A stretch of 64,000 nucleotides of DNA from Escherichia coli (GCF_003334405.1 NZ_QOWM01000009.1); one strand, 5' to 3'; counted from the stretch's first letter, positions 15,006 through 29,236 are shown. Translations and numbers: made by a program. Notes: generated by a model not told the origin, from the letters alone.

Positions 15006-17327
15006 TTAACGTTTTTTGCCCATTGCCGCCGCCAGCGCATCCATCATCGCGCTATTACCGGCAGGCTGCGCTTCACGACCGCGTGGTTTGGCTGCCGGGC
15101 GGTTGTTTTGCGGGCGTTCATTACCGCCGCCGCGACGAGCGTTGGTTTCGCCAGGCTGCTCATCCAGGCGCATAGTCAGGGCGATACGTTTACGCTGAAG
15201 ATCCACTTCCAGCACTTTCACCTTCACAATGTCGCCCGCTTTCACCACGGTATGCGGATCTTCCACAAACTTGTTCGACAATGAAGAGATGTGAACCAGG
15301 CCGTCCTGATGCACGCCAATATCGACAAACGCGCCAAAGTTGGTGACGTTGGTCACTGCGCCTTCGAGGATCATACCCGGTTGCAGGTCGTTCATTGTCT
15401 CGACGCCATCGGCAAACTGAGCGGTTTTAAATTCCGGACGCGGATCGCGACCCGGTTTTTCCAGCTCTTTGATGATGTCGGTTACCGTCGGCACACCGAA
15501 TTTCTCATCAGTAAAGTCAGACGCTTTCAGGTTACGCAGTTCGCTGCTGTTACCCATCAGATCTTTCAGTGCCTGCTGTGTTGCTGCCAGAATGCGTTCC
15601 ACCACCGGATAGGCTTCCGGGTGAACGGTAGACGCGTCCAGCGGGTTATCACCGTGGTTAATGCGCAAGAAGCCCGCGCACTGCTCGAAGGCTTTCGGCC
15701 CCAGACGGCTCACTTTTAACAGTTGCTGACGGTTCTGGAACTGACCGTTCTCATCGCGCCAGGCAACGATGTTTTGCGCCATCATGCGCGTCAGGCCCGC
15801 CACGCGGGTTAACAGCGGAACAGAAGCAGTGTTGAGATCGACGCCAACGGCGTTTACGCAGTCTTCTACTACTGCGTCCAGTTTGCGGGCCAGTTGCGTC
15901 TGGCTGACGTCATGCTGATACTGACCTACGCCGATAGATTTCGGATCGATTTTCACCAGCTCCGCCAGCGGATCCTGCAAACGGCGGGCGATAGACACCG
16001 CGCCACGCAGCGAAACGTCGAGATCCGGGAACTCCTGTGCAGCCAGCTCGGAAGCCGAGTAAACCGACGCGCCTGCTTCGCTGACGATTACTTTCTGCGC
16101 GGTCACTTTCGGGAACTGCTTCTGCACATCGAGATAGAAACGCTCAGTTTCGCGGGAAGCTGTACCGTTACCGATCGCTACCAGTTCAACGTTATGTTTT
16201 TCACACAGCGCAGCAACGGTCATCGCTGCTTTTGCGGCCTGTCCGGTGTGCGGGTAAATGGTGTCGGTCGCCACCAGTTTGCCAGTGGCATCGACCACCG
16301 CCACTTTTACCCCAGTACGCAGACCCGGATCGAGGCCCATCGTTGCACGCAGTCCGGCAGGGGCCGCCATCAGCAGATCGTGCAGGTTACGGGCAAAGAC
16401 GTTGATTGCTTCATCTTCCGCACGTTCGCGCACGGTGCCCATCAGTTCGGTTTCCAGATGCATCAGCACCTTGATGCGCCACGTCCAGCTCACCACGCCT
16501 TTGCGCCAGCTATCCGCCGGGGCATTGTTCAGGCGCAGGCCAAGGTGATCCATGATGATTTGCTCGCAATAGCTCTCTTTGGGCGGCTCATCGAACTGTG
16601 GATCGGCATTCAGCGAAAGCTGAAGTACGCCTTCGTTACGCCCACGGAACATCGCCAGCGCGCGGTGAGAAGGCACCGTGGACAACGGTTCGTGATGATC
16701 GAAATAGTCGCGGAATTTCGCCCCTTCCTCTTCTTTACCGCTCACCACCGTAGAAACCAAATGCGCGTTCTTCCACAGATAATCACGCACTTTCGCCAGC
16801 AGCGCGGCATCTTCGGCAAACCGTTCCATCAGGATATAGCGCGCGCCATCCAGCGCGGCTTTGGTATCTGCCACGCCTTTATCGGCATCAACATATTGTG
16901 CAGCGGCGACTTCTGGCGTGTGTGACGGATCGCTCCACAGCAGGTCAGCCAACGGCTCAAGCCCTGCTTCAATGGCGATTTGCCCGCGGGTGCGGCGTTT
17001 AGGTTTGTAGGGCAGGTAGAGGTCTTCGAGTTCGGTTTTGCTTAGGGTGGCGTTGATGGCCTTCGCCAGATCATCGGTGAGTTTGCCTTGCTCGGAAATG
17101 GACTTGAGGATCGCCTGACGTCTCTCTTCCAGCTCGCGCAGATAGCTCAGACGCGTTTCCAGATTACGCAGCTGCGTGTCATCCAGACCGCCGGTGATTT
17201 CCTTACGATAACGTGCGATAAACGGCACGGTATTCCCTTCGTCAAGCAGGCGAACGGCAGCGTCAACCTGTTCCGGGCGCGCCTGAATTTCACCCGCAAT
17301 AATGCGGCAGAACGAATCATTCATCAT
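15006..17327 (-). CDS. yhgF: Tex-like transcription accessory protein (S1-domain RNA-binding)
   Basis: 773-aa ORF starting [43 protein letters not shown]; basic C-terminal tail. Confidence 0.94.
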   Translation of the reverse strand: MMNDSFCRIIAGEIQARPEQVDAAVRLLDEGNTVPFIARYRKEITGGLDDTQLRNLETRLSYLRELEERRQAILKSISEQGKLTDDLAKAINATLSKTELEDLYLPYKPKRRTRGQIAIEAGLEPLADLLWSDPSHTPEVAAAQYVDADKGVADTKAALDGARYILMERFAEDAALLAKVRDYLWKNAHLVSTVVSGKEEEGAKFRDYFDHHEPLSTVPSHRALAMFRGRNEGVLQLSLNADPQFDEPPKESYCEQIIMDHLGLRLNNAPADSWRKGVVSWTWRIKVLMHLETELMGTVRERAEDEAINVFARNLHDLLMAAPAGLRATMGLDPGLRTGVKVAVVDATGKLVATDTIYPHTGQAAKAAMTVAALCEKHNVELVAIGNGTASRETERFYLDVQKQFPKVTAQKVIVSEAGASVYSASELAAQEFPDLDVSLRGAVSIARRLQDPLAELVKIDPKSIGVGQYQHDVSQTQLARKLDAVVEDCVNAVGVDLNTASVPLLTRVAGLTRMMAQNIVAWRDENGQFQNRQQLLKVSRLGPKAFEQCAGFLRINHGDNPLDASTVHPEAYPVVERILAATQQALKDLMGNSSELRNLKASDFTDEKFGVPTVTDIIKELEKPGRDPRPEFKTAQFADGVETMNDLQPGMILEGAVTNVTNFGAFVDIGVHQDGLVHISSLSNKFVEDPHTVVKAGDIVKVKVLEVDLQRKRIALTMRLDEQPGETNARRGGGNERPQNNRPAAKPRGREAQPAGNSAMMDALAAAMGKKR

Positions 17328-17423
17328 GGTTTGAGTTCATCTTTTCGGATCAAAAATCAGGGGATAGTTATACGGACTGGCTGGCAAAAATGCCAGCCAT
17401 CGGCAGGAGGTTAAGACTCTTCC

Positions 17424-17900
17424 TTACGGTTTCACGTACTCGATAGCATTAACATACCAGCTCGCTTCCCCGGCAGGGGTATTCACCACCGCCAGATCGC
17501 CGACTTCTTTTTTCAGCAATGCGCGGGCCATCGGGGAATCGATAGAGATGTAATCTTTACGGCCAAAAATTTCATCGTAGCCGACAATACGGAAACGGTG
17601 AGTCACGCCATCGTCGTTTTCAATCTCCACCCACGCGCCAAAAAAGACTTTGCCTTCCTGCTGAGGGGAATAATCGACGATTTTGAGATTTTCCAGGCAT
17701 TTAGTGAGATAGCGCACGCGACGGTCGATTTCACGCAGACGCTTTTTATTATACTGATAGTCAGCATTTTCGCTGCGGTCGCCCAGACTTGCGGCCCAGG
17801 TCACCTTTTTTGTGACCTCCGGGCGTTCTTCACGCCAGAGATAATTAAGCTCTTGTTTGAGTTTTTCATACCCTTCCCGGGTAACCAGGGGCGTTTTCAT
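17424..17900 (-). CDS. greB: Transcript cleavage factor GreB
   Basis: 158-aa product MKTPLVTREGYEKLKQELNYLW...; start placed at the internal Met, 12 codons inside the track ORF. Confidence 0.94.
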   Translation of the reverse strand: MKTPLVTREGYEKLKQELNYLWREERPEVTKKVTWAASLGDRSENADYQYNKKRLREIDRRVRYLTKCLENLKIVDYSPQQEGKVFFGAWVEIENDDGVTHRFRIVGYDEIFGRKDYISIDSPMARALLKKEVGDLAVVNTPAGEASWYVNAIEYVKP

Positions 17901-18127
17901 CTCGTTGATTCCCTTTGTCTGTTTGATAATGCGCACATTGGGTATAACGTGATCATATCAACAGAATCAATAATGTTTCGCCGAATAAATTGTATACTTA
18001 AGCTGCTGTTTAATATGCTTTGTAACAATTTAGGCTGAAATTCATACCAGATTTAGCTGGTGACGAACGTGAGCTTTTTTAAGAATACACGCTTACAAAT
18101 TGTTGCGAACCTTTGGGAGTACAAACA

Positions 18128-20196
<2,069 letters not shown>

Positions 20197-20201
20197 ATAA
20201 A

Positions 20202-20231
20202 CGGGAGGCGAAGGTGCCTCCCGTTTTGCTT
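20202..20231. terminator. Bidirectional rho-independent terminator shared by convergent envZ and pck
   Basis: CGGGAGGCG-AAGGT-GCCTCCCG followed by TTTTGCTTTC on the + strand and preceded by AAATAAA (a U-run on the reverse strand). Confidence 0.8.
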
Positions 20232-20271
20232 TCTATAAGATACTGGATAGATATTCTCCAGCTTCAAATCA

Positions 20272-21894
20272 TTACAGTTTCGGACCAGCCGCTACCAGCG
20301 CGGCACCCGCAGGGGTGTCGGTGTATTTATCGAAGTTGTCGATAAACAGTTTCGCCAGGGTTTCGGCTTTTTCCTGCCACTGTTCCGGAGAAGCGTAGGT
20401 GTTACGCGGATCGAGAATCTTCGTGTCTACGCCCGGCAGTTCGGTTGGGATCGCCAGGTTAAACATCGGCAGAGTGAAGGTTTCTGCATTATCCAGCGAA
20501 CCGTTGAGGATGGCGTCGATAATGGCGCGGGTATCTTTAATCGAGATACGTTTGCCAGTGCCGTTCCAGCCAGTGTTAACCAGATAAGCCTGCGCGCCCG
20601 CCGCCTGCATACGTTTCACCAGCACTTCTGCGTACTGAGTCGGGTGCAGCGACAGGAATGCCGCGCCGAAGCAAGCGGAGAAGGTTGGCGTCGGTTCGGT
20701 GATGCCACGCTCAGTACCGGCCAGTTTGGCGGTGAAGCCAGAGAGGAAGTGATACTGGGTTTGATCGGCAGTCAGGCGAGAAACCGGCGGCAACACGCCG
20801 AAAGCATCAGCAGTCAGGAAGATAACCTTAGTCGCGTGGCCCGCTTTGGAAACCGGCTTAACAATGTTATCGATGTGATAGATCGGATAAGAAACGCGGG
20901 TGTTCTCGGTTTTTGAACCATCATCAAAGTCGATAGTGCCATCTTCACGCACGGTGACGTTTTCCAGCAACGCATCACGACGGATAGCGTTGTAGATTTC
21001 AGGTTCCGCTTCTTTCGACAGCTTGATAGTTTTTGCGTAGCAGCCGCCTTCGAAGTTAAACACGCCGTCATCGTCCCAGCCGTGTTCGTCATCGCCAATC
21101 AGGCGACGTTTCGGGTCGGTGGAAAGGGTGGTTTTACCGGTGCCGGAAAGGCCGAAGAACACCGCAACATCGCCTTTCTCACCAACGTTGGCGGAGCAGT
21201 GCATAGAAGCGATACCTTTCAGCGGCAGCAGGTAGTTCATCATCGAGAACATCCCTTTCTTCATTTCGCCGCCGTACCAGGTGCCGCCAATCAGCTGCAT
21301 GCGCTCGGTCAGGTTAAACGCCACGAAGTTTTCGGAGTTGAGACCCTGTTCTTTCCACTGCGGGTTAGTGCACTTCGCGCCGTTCATAACGATAAAGTCT
21401 GGTTTGAAACCTGCCAGTTCTTCATCGCTCGGGCGAATAAACATGTTTTTGACAAAATGCGCCTGCCAGGCCACTTCGGTGATGAAACGGACGGAAAGAC
21501 GAGTATCCGGGTTCGCACCACAGAAAGCGTCGACAACGAACAGACGTTTGCCGGAAAGCTGCCTGGTCACCAGGCCTTTCAGATGCTGCCAGGTTTCCGG
21601 AGAGAGAGGTTTGTTGTCGTTCTTACCTTTGCCTTTGTCTGCCCACCAGAAAGTATCGCGAGTGGTATCGTCACGGACGATATACTTATCTTTTGGTGAA
21701 CGACCGGTGAAGATCCCGGTATCGACGGCAACGGCACCCAGATTAGTTAACACCCCGCGCTCATAACCTGTCAGGCTCGGATCGAGCTCTTCCTGATACA
21801 GCAGGTCGTAGCTTGGGTTGTAAACGATATCATGTACGTCACTGATACCATAAGCCTCGAGTTCTTGCGGGGTCAAACCATTGTTAACGCGCAT
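20272..21894 (-). CDS. pck: Phosphoenolpyruvate carboxykinase (ATP)
   Basis: 540-aa product from [17 protein letters not shown] with P-loop GLSGTGKTT; the track's ORF extends 23 codons further upstream. Confidence 0.95.
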   Translation of the reverse strand: MRVNNGLTPQELEAYGISDVHDIVYNPSYDLLYQEELDPSLTGYERGVLTNLGAVAVDTGIFTGRSPKDKYIVRDDTTRDTFWWADKGKGKNDNKPLSPETWQHLKGLVTRQLSGKRLFVVDAFCGANPDTRLSVRFITEVAWQAHFVKNMFIRPSDEELAGFKPDFIVMNGAKCTNPQWKEQGLNSENFVAFNLTERMQLIGGTWYGGEMKKGMFSMMNYLLPLKGIASMHCSANVGEKGDVAVFFGLSGTGKTTLSTDPKRRLIGDDEHGWDDDGVFNFEGGCYAKTIKLSKEAEPEIYNAIRRDALLENVTVREDGTIDFDDGSKTENTRVSYPIYHIDNIVKPVSKAGHATKVIFLTADAFGVLPPVSRLTADQTQYHFLSGFTAKLAGTERGITEPTPTFSACFGAAFLSLHPTQYAEVLVKRMQAAGAQAYLVNTGWNGTGKRISIKDTRAIIDAILNGSLDNAETFTLPMFNLAIPTELPGVDTKILDPRNTYASPEQWQEKAETLAKLFIDNFDKYTDTPAGAALVAAGPKL

Positions 21895-22012
21895 TTCACT
21901 GCTCCTTAGCCAATATGTATTGCCTGAATAGTAAAGTCTTTTTGGGGGTGTTAACCGCGACAAGGCTCATAGATTTACGTATCTGGAGAAATTCATATTT
22001 GACAAAAAACTC

Positions 22013-22028
22013 CGTGATTCCTGTCACG
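22013..22028. promoter_or_regulatory. CRP-like site upstream of pck
   Basis: CGTGA-TTCCTG-TCACG, palindromic, 8 of 10 half-site positions match TGTGA-N6-TCACA; about 120-135 bp upstream of the pck ATG. Confidence 0.45.
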
Positions 22029-22272
22029 AAACGGTTGCTATTATCGCAGAAATAGCATTTTAGGTGTGGAAAATGTTCTCAAAAGGTTAAATCTTGGTTT
22101 ATATGGCGGGAATATTGTGAGTGGAATCGCATTCCTGAATGAAATTGATGCAAATTCAACCGGTAAAGTATCGATTCACCACGCTAACTTTTTTTGATTA
22201 TTTTCTGAAAAAAGCAAAATACTACTGCCCGGATGCGATAATTAACCCACCTTTTGATTCTGGATAACCAAC

Positions 22273-23997
22273 ATGGATAACGTTGAACTTTCACCCGCAA
22301 CACGCTGGGGGATGATTGCTACCGGATTACTTCAGGGTCTGGTTTGCTACCTGCTGATCGCCTGGCTTTCCGGAAAAAATCACAGTTGGATTGTTTATGG
22401 CGTGCCTGCGACCGTCGCGTTTTCATCCGTTTTACTCTTCTCCGTGATCTCTTTTAAACAGAAGCGCCTTTGGGGATGGCTGGCGCTAGTGTTTATTGCC
22501 ACGCTGGGGATGAGCGGCTGGCTGAAGTGGCAAACTGATGGCATGAACCCCTGGAGAGCTGAAAAGGCGCTTTGGGATTTTGGTTGCTATCTGCTGTTGA
22601 TGGCAATGTTGTTGCTACCGTGGATACAACAAAGCCTTCGCATCCGCAATGACAGTAGCCGCTATCGCTATTTTTACCAGTCAGTATGGCATAACGTACT
22701 TATATTACTGGTGATTTTTCTCGCCAATGGCTTGACGTGGCTGGTGCTTTTACTGTGGAGTGAGTTGTTTAAACTTGTTGGCATCACGTTTTTCAATACG
22801 CTCTTTTTTGCAACCGACTGGTTTATTTATCTCACGTTAGGTCTGGTTACCGCGCTGGCGGTGATCCTCGCGCGAACACAGTCACGTTTAATCGACTCTA
22901 TTCAAAAGTTGTTCACGTTAATCGCCACGGGGTTGCTGCCGTTAGTATCATTGCTAACCCTGATGTTTATCATCACCCTGCCGTTTACGGGCCTGAGCGC
23001 GATTTCTCGCCACATCTCCGCCGCCGGGTTGCTGTTGACGCTGGCCTTTTTGCAATTGATCTTAATGGCTATTGTCCGCGATCCGCAAAAAGCGTCACTT
23101 CCCTGGACAGGGCCGTTGCGTTGCCTGATTAAAACCGCTTTGCTGGTTGCTCCGCTGTATGTGTTCGTCGCCGCCTGGGCGTTATGGCTGCGGGTCGCTC
23201 AGTACGGCTGGACTGTCGACCGCTTGCAGGGCGTGCTGGCGGTGCTGGTGTTACTGGTGTGGTCGCTGGGGTATTTTGTCAGCATCGTCTGGCGTAAAGG
23301 GCAAAATCCCGTTGTTCTTCAGGGCAAAGTGAACCTTGCGGTTTCGTTATTGGTGTTGGTGATACTGGTGCTTCTTAATTCGCCGGTGCTGGACAGTATG
23401 CGCATTAGCGTGAACAGCCATATGGCGCGTTATCAGAGCGGCAAAAACACGTCAGACCAGGTAACTATCTACATGCTCGAGCAGAGCGGTCGCTATGGAC
23501 GTGCTGCGCTTGAGTCGCTGAAAAGCGATGCCGGGTTTATGAAAGACCCGAAACGCGCGCGGGATCTGCTGATGGCGTTAGATGGAGAGCAACATCTTCA
23601 GCAACAGGTATCGGAAAAAGTATTAGCCGATAATGTGTTAATTGCCCCTGGTTCTGTTAAACCTGATGCGACATTCTGGTCGGCCTTAATCCAGGATCGC
23701 TATAACGTGATGACCTGTATTGAAAAAGACGCCTGCGTCCTGGTCGAGCAAGATCTGAATAGTGATGGTCAGGCGGAGCGGATCCTGTTTGCTTTTAATG
23801 ATGACAGAGTCATTGTCTATGGCTTTGACTCAGACAGAAAAGAATGGGACGCGCTTGATATGAGTTTACTTCCGAACGAAATAACGAAAGAAAAATTACT
23901 CACAGCTGCGAAGGATGGAAAACTGGGGACGAAGCCTAAAGCGTGGCGCGATCTTGTAGTGGATGGTGAAAGGCTGAATGTGAATCTGAATGAGTGA
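22273..23997 (+). CDS. yhgE: Putative inner membrane protein YhgE
   Basis: 574-aa ORF, N-terminal two thirds strongly hydrophobic and polytopic, soluble C-terminal region. Confidence 0.88.
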
Positions 23998-24020
23998 CAA
24001 AGCGCATCAGGTGTATTAGT

Positions 24021-24050
24021 CGTAAAATCCGGCAGAGCCCTCTCTGCCGG
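24021..24050 (-). terminator. Putative terminator downstream of hslO
   Basis: Stem CCGGCAGAG-CCCTC-TCTGCCGG; on the reverse strand it is followed by ATTTTA. Confidence 0.5.
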
Positions 24051-24059
24051 ACATACTCA

Positions 24060-24938
24060 TTAATGAACTTGCGGATCTGCCGGAGACGCGTTGTTGCGGA
24101 TTTCAGCAATATCCATCGCATTGAACAGATAGTGGTTACCGCAGTAATCACAATGCATGTCAATTTCGCCATCTTCCGCCAGGATGCTATCAACTTCTTC
24201 ATCAGGCAGCGTTTTCAGCGCATCGGCGCAACGTTCACGCGAGCAGGTGCATTTGAACTCCACATCCTGCGGATCGTAAACCGTCACCTCTTCTTCGTGA
24301 TACAAACGCCACAACACTTCGTTTGCCGGTAAGGTCAGCAGTTCTTCGGTTTTGATGGTTTCGGTTAGCGTCGCCAGGTGGTCAAAGTCGTCCTGCTGGG
24401 CATTTTGCGCAGGCATTACCTGCAACAACATACCGCCTGCAGCCGGTTTGCCGTCTACGTCGCCGGTGCGAATAAACAGGCGCGTCGGCAGCTGTTCAGA
24501 ACGCATAAAGTAATCTTCCAGGCAGGCCGCCAGGGTATCACCTTCCAGACCAACTACGCCCTGATAGCGTTCGCCTTCGCTCGGGGTAATGGTGATCACC
24601 ACGTAACCATTGCCGACCAGCGTTTTCAGGTCGGCATTTTCTGGAATTTCGCCCTGCACGCGCGCCACACCGCGCATCTGCTGGTTATTGTTACCGTTAA
24701 TAACCGCCAGATTCATCGGACCGTCGCCCTGCAGCTGTACGGTGATATCACCATCAAACTTCAGCGTAGCGGTTAACAGGCTGGTCGCAACCAGCAGTTC
24801 TGCCAGCACGTTTTTAACGGGCTGCGGATAATCGTGGTTCTCAAGGATCTGTTGCAGGGTTTCCGAAACGGTTACCAGTTCGCCGCGCACGGCAAAGTTT
24901 TCAAACAGATAGCGATGTAATTGGTCATGTTGCGGCAT
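24060..24938 (-). CDS. hslO: Redox-regulated chaperone Hsp33
   Basis: Product [22 protein letters not shown]... with C-terminal zinc-centre cysteines (CTCSRERC and CDYCGNHY). An alternative ATG two codons upstream (24944) is possible; SD spacing favours 24938. Confidence 0.93.
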   Translation of the reverse strand: MPQHDQLHRYLFENFAVRGELVTVSETLQQILENHDYPQPVKNVLAELLVATSLLTATLKFDGDITVQLQGDGPMNLAVINGNNNQQMRGVARVQGEIPENADLKTLVGNGYVVITITPSEGERYQGVVGLEGDTLAACLEDYFMRSEQLPTRLFIRTGDVDGKPAAGGMLLQVMPAQNAQQDDFDHLATLTETIKTEELLTLPANEVLWRLYHEEEVTVYDPQDVEFKCTCSRERCADALKTLPDEEVDSILAEDGEIDMHCDYCGNHYLFNAMDIAEIRNNASPADPQVH

Positions 24939-24962
24939 AATCATCTCTCTTGCAGGTGACAG

Positions 24963-25364
24963 TTATTCACTGTCGCCGTGTTTAAATCGTAACAGGTCGC
25001 GGCGCTCTTTTTTGTCCGGGCGTCGGTCCGGGTGCGGCATGGTTAAGGCATTAAGTTTACGTGCCAGCGCCATTTTTTCGCGTTTCTCTACACTTTCCGC
25101 AGTCTCTTCATACAGCAAGGCTGCCTCGCTGGCGGGGCGACGCTGTTCAGTAATCGCCTTTACAATCACCGTGCGTTCGTCATTTCCCTGGCGCAGAGTG
25201 AGCGTGGCATTCAGCTCGACGATTTTGCTCGGCTTGCTGCGCTGCCCGTTGTAATGCACCTTACCGCCTTCAATCATTTCACGGGCCAGCGCGCGGGTTT
25301 TATAAAAACGGGCAGCCCATAGCCATTTATCCAGTCGAACCTCAACAGCAGGTTTCTCTTTCAT
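24963..25364 (-). CDS. hslR: Ribosome-associated heat shock protein Hsp15 (S4 domain)
   Basis: 133-aa basic protein MKEKPAVEVRLDKWLWAARFYKTRA...; immediately upstream of hslO on the same strand. Confidence 0.94.
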   Translation of the reverse strand: MKEKPAVEVRLDKWLWAARFYKTRALAREMIEGGKVHYNGQRSKPSKIVELNATLTLRQGNDERTVIVKAITEQRRPASEAALLYEETAESVEKREKMALARKLNALTMPHPDRRPDKKERRDLLRFKHGDSE

Positions 25365-25374
25365 GGCGTCTCCT

Positions 25375-26043
25375 TCACATTAGCGAGGGGATCAGGCGGC
25401 GGTAGTCATTCAGTGACGGATGGCGTTGATACTGTTTCTCGGCAATCCCGGAATCAGGATTAGTCACGCCGAGGCAGTAACGAATACCAAATTGCGCGGC
25501 AGCATCGAGAATCGCTTCGCTGTCATCAATAAACAGCGTTCTTTCAGCTTTCAGACCCGTAGCTTCGGCCACCGCATGCCATAACCGCTGATCCTCTTTC
25601 GGATAACCAAATGTGTGGGTGGAAAGTAATAAATCAAGGTGTGCGTCCAGACCGGTATGCTCAAGTTTTACCGCCAGGTTGTGCGGATGCGCATTGGTGA
25701 GCAAAATTCGCTGCTTACCGCTGGCTTTCAGTGCCTCAAGAAACGGAATGGTATCTTCACGCAGTACGGCACGCGGTCCCATCTCGGTGGTCATCGCACA
25801 GATATCCAGACCCAGTTGCTCACTCCAGTAATCAAGACAGTACCAGTTTAGCGTATGCTGTACGTCGTGATATTGCTGGCGCATATATTCCATCGCTTCC
25901 TGTGGCGTAACCCCGTTTTTCGCGCCCCATGTTTCAGGCACCAGCTTTTGCCAGAAATAGTTATCGAAGGCGAGGTCGAGCAACGTGCCGTCCATATCCA
26001 GCAGAACGGTATCTACGTCCTGCCAGGCAATGTTGATATGCAT
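25375..26043 (-). CDS. yrfG: HAD-family nucleotidase (GMP/IMP phosphatase)
   Basis: 222-aa product with HAD motif I (LLDMDGTLLD); start placed at MHINIAWQDV, 15 codons inside the track ORF. Confidence 0.9.
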   Translation of the reverse strand: MHINIAWQDVDTVLLDMDGTLLDLAFDNYFWQKLVPETWGAKNGVTPQEAMEYMRQQYHDVQHTLNWYCLDYWSEQLGLDICAMTTEMGPRAVLREDTIPFLEALKASGKQRILLTNAHPHNLAVKLEHTGLDAHLDLLLSTHTFGYPKEDQRLWHAVAEATGLKAERTLFIDDSEAILDAAAQFGIRYCLGVTNPDSGIAEKQYQRHPSLNDYRRLIPSLM

Positions 26044-26107
26044 GAGGGAAATCTCCAGAGTGAAGCAATTTGCGCGACAGGGTAGCATAACCTGCCGCGC
26101 AAACGTG

Positions 26108-28243
26108 TTATTCGATAAGGCTTTCTGAAGGGGTGATCAGTTGCGGGTTCAGGCAGCTTTCATAATAGGCCTGAATCTCCATCATGCGAGTGCGATGACG
26201 CTGGTAACGACGCCAGGCCTGTACGCCATTGTAAATGGCGCTACCCAGCATCGTCAGTAGCAGCAATGTGGTGCTGAGATAGCGCCACAGGCCGGAACGA
26301 TCCGGGATCGGATGAAGGCCAATATGCTGCGTACCATTGGCGTCAGTGAAGATTTTTGTGACGATACCCTCGGCGTTAAACGGCGTATGCATCAGCATTT
26401 GTGCCAGTTTCTGGAAAGCGTTCCACTGTTCTTGCGGCGGGTAGTCGTAAAGTGATGCCGAAGGCCAGGGCTGATCAACAAAATCGCTGCCTTCGTCGCT
26501 GACAATCAGGAATCCGCCGGGGGCCGGACTGTTTAGTGATTGTGCCGCTCGCGCCGTTTCATGCGTGATAAACGGCGCGGTGGAGGTTGCCACCAGGTTA
26601 TCCAGCGATTCCGCACTCACCGGGCGTAATAACACATTCACGCCATCGAGCTTCCCGGCGTTGGCGCGTTTTACCAGCGCGTCCCAGTCTTTACTGTTGC
26701 CGAGATTGACCAGCGCATTTTTCAGTCGCACACAGTCATCTTTGGCAGAACATAAATCCGCTGTCTTCAGTACAATGTCGCCAAAATCATCAAGCAATAC
26801 CATGCCGGATTTTTGAATTGCTGAACGTAATGAGGCACTGACGCGAGATTCATCTTCCGGTTTAGGGTGCAGCTGGCGATTAACTGCTTCAGTCAATGCC
26901 GTCGCTTTGTTGACCAGTTCAGATTCTGGTAATGGCAATGAGCGGGCGTCGTTCCAGATGATCTGCGAGCAGTCAAACGGTAAAAAAGGTGAATTGGTTT
27001 TCGCGCTCCAGGTTCCGGAAGTTCGAATATTACACATTCCCGTACCGCTAATACGTAATGTATCGCCTACCCGCACGCCAGCGTCAGCCAGTTGTTTTAC
27101 GCTGGTGGCTTCAATGGTCTGCGCGCCTTTCATCCATGAGAGAGTGAATTTCAGCGGCATATCCAGCGGGATCCAGAATAACAGCATAAACAGCACCAGC
27201 AGCGAGCCCGCAGCGATAATCGTACTGCGCAGCCAGTGCTGTAACGGAAAGTTTTTTACTTCATCATGCAGCGAAAGATATCGTCCCTGACGCACTACAT
27301 GGCGGTCGAGATAGATATCGATATCGGTTTGTTGACCGAGATCCTGAGCAATGTATGGCTGCCAGTGTGCGGGATAGACCAGGTCGATAATACCGAGTGA
27401 AATATTGTTGATCTGTTCCTGATCGTTTTCGCCAAACAATCCCCAACGACGGGGTGTACCGCGCAGACAATGAATTTCCCGCAGGGAGGATTTTGCCGGG
27501 GGCGCGAATAGCCCCCACAGACCTGCGCCCAGCAGCAGTAACGCGCCGCCTGCCAGCCACGGAACAAATACATCCGGGGTAATCAGGCAGAAAAAGAACA
27601 TCAGGAAGGAGGCGACGATCAGCAACGCTTCACGCAGCCCGCGCGGACGACTCAGCGCATATTCTTCATGCGTTTCTTTGCGAATATTGAGTAGCTCGAT
27701 TTGCTCACTCTCTTCCCCGCGAATCGACGCCTGCGTTGACGGAACAGGTTGCAAGGCATAGCTGCGAGTTTCCTGCATGTACTCCTGCAGCGTATGACCG
27801 TTGAGTGAAATAACCAGCGGCAGCGAATCGGTATGAATCAGTTCAACGGTATTCTCATCGTTGATGTACTGTTCCCAGAAAGGGGGCAGGTGGACTTCTA
27901 CCGAATCGAGGTAGTAACGCCATTTATTCGGATCGTCGGTAGAGATGCCGTAACGCGTGATAGCGTGTGTCAGCATCATGACGTTGTTGCTTTCGGCATT
28001 CAGCGCCAGAGAGATCGGTGCCGCGCTGGCTCCCGTTGGGCCAGGCACCTGTAATACCTGCGTCAGGCTCTCAAGATAATTTTCAACGGCGCTACGTTCT
28101 TCAGGTGTGAGTTTACGCGTTTGCGCATCCGCGAAGGCGTTGGTCCAGGGCAGCTGACGCCGTCTGGATCGCACTTTTATCAGCCATCCCGCAAGTAGTG
28201 AGCAGGCCAGCAAAGCAGCTAAAAAAATCACAATGGTGCTCAT
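26108..28243 (-). CDS. igaA: Inner membrane protein IgaA (Rcs phosphorelay attenuator)
   Basis: 711-aa ORF starting MSTIVIFLAALLACSLLAGWLIKVRSRRRQLPW with several TM segments. Confidence 0.93.
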   Translation of the reverse strand: MSTIVIFLAALLACSLLAGWLIKVRSRRRQLPWTNAFADAQTRKLTPEERSAVENYLESLTQVLQVPGPTGASAAPISLALNAESNNVMMLTHAITRYGISTDDPNKWRYYLDSVEVHLPPFWEQYINDENTVELIHTDSLPLVISLNGHTLQEYMQETRSYALQPVPSTQASIRGEESEQIELLNIRKETHEEYALSRPRGLREALLIVASFLMFFFCLITPDVFVPWLAGGALLLLGAGLWGLFAPPAKSSLREIHCLRGTPRRWGLFGENDQEQINNISLGIIDLVYPAHWQPYIAQDLGQQTDIDIYLDRHVVRQGRYLSLHDEVKNFPLQHWLRSTIIAAGSLLVLFMLLFWIPLDMPLKFTLSWMKGAQTIEATSVKQLADAGVRVGDTLRISGTGMCNIRTSGTWSAKTNSPFLPFDCSQIIWNDARSLPLPESELVNKATALTEAVNRQLHPKPEDESRVSASLRSAIQKSGMVLLDDFGDIVLKTADLCSAKDDCVRLKNALVNLGNSKDWDALVKRANAGKLDGVNVLLRPVSAESLDNLVATSTAPFITHETARAAQSLNSPAPGGFLIVSDEGSDFVDQPWPSASLYDYPPQEQWNAFQKLAQMLMHTPFNAEGIVTKIFTDANGTQHIGLHPIPDRSGLWRYLSTTLLLLTMLGSAIYNGVQAWRRYQRHRTRMMEIQAYYESCLNPQLITPSESLIE

Positions 28244-28562
28244 GCTTTCCCCATCTTACTTAGTCTGTCAGGCGTGGTCAGTCGCACCGGACACAATACA
28301 TGATTCTGCGGTTGGCTATCGGCAAGCGTGGAGTTTAACTTGAGCATCATTAAGCACATCACAGTAACCGCTGATCATAGCAAACCCTCTGAAGGCGGAA
28401 TATCAGCAAATTCCTGGAGTTATTTCAACCTATTGACTTTTAATTTGATTTGAGGACGATTATTTATTAAGTTACATAAATGTAAATAACATGCAATTCA
28501 CATTGCCGAAAGCGTGTCCGATATCGCACAATAACCGCTGATTTCACAGCATAGATCCCACG

Positions 28563-29123
28563 ATGAGCAAATCATTACAAAAACCCACCATTCTGAATGT
28601 TGAAACTGTAGCCCGTTCCCGACTGTTTACCGTCGAGAGCGTGGATCTGGAGTTCAGCAATGGCGTGCGGCGTGTTTATGAACGAATGCGTCCAACCAAC
28701 CGGGAAGCAGTGATGATTGTGCCGATTGTGGACGATCACCTGATCCTGATCCGCGAATACGCAGTGGGAACTGAATCCTACGAATTAGGTTTTTCGAAAG
28801 GATTAATTGATCCGGGTGAAAGCGTCTACGAAGCCGCTAACCGCGAGCTAAAAGAAGAGGTTGGATTTGGAGCGAACGATCTGACTTTTTTGAAGAAGCT
28901 CAGCATGGCACCGTCTTACTTTTCCAGCAAAATGAATATCGTGGTAGCGCAAGATCTCTACCCGGAATCACTGGAAGGCGATGAGCCAGAGCCGCTACCA
29001 CAGGTGCGCTGGCCGCTGGCGCATATGATGGATTTGCTGGAAGACCCTGACTTCAATGAAGCGCGCAATGTCAGTGCGCTGTTCCTCGTGCGCGAATGGT
29101 TGAAAGGGCAGGGGCGAGTGTAA
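28563..29123 (+). CDS. nudE: ADP-sugar / ADP compounds hydrolase NudE (Nudix)
   Basis: 186-aa ORF with Nudix box GLIDPGESVYEAANRELKEEVGF. Confidence 0.94.
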   Translation: MSKSLQKPTILNVETVARSRLFTVESVDLEFSNGVRRVYERMRPTNREAVMIVPIVDDHLILIREYAVGTESYELGFSKGLIDPGESVYEAANRELKEEVGFGANDLTFLKKLSMAPSYFSSKMNIVVAQDLYPESLEGDEPEPLPQVRWPLAHMMDLLEDPDFNEARNVSALFLVREWLKGQGRV

Positions 29124-29203
29124 ATGCGTGAAGTTTGCCTGATGCACAATGTTTATCAGGCTTATGGGGTTTCTGCAATTTATTGAGTTTTCACGATTTT
29201 GTT

Positions 29204-29236
29204 AGCCGGATAACGCGTTCACGCCGTATCCGGCAT
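29204..29236. repeat. REP palindromic unit between nudE and mrcA
   Basis: GCCGGATAACGCGTTCACGCCGTATCCGGC. Confidence 0.75.

Noticed and set aside
15894-16925. 343-aa forward-strand ORF inside yhgF, with similar long antisense ORFs at 52462-53457 (in frlB), 30537-31499 (in mrcA), 5933-6820 (in malQ), 12614-13357 (in feoB) and 21082-21699 (in pck)
   Set aside because: All are shadow ORFs opposite genes with strong independent support; none has a plausible RBS plus a recognisable domain.
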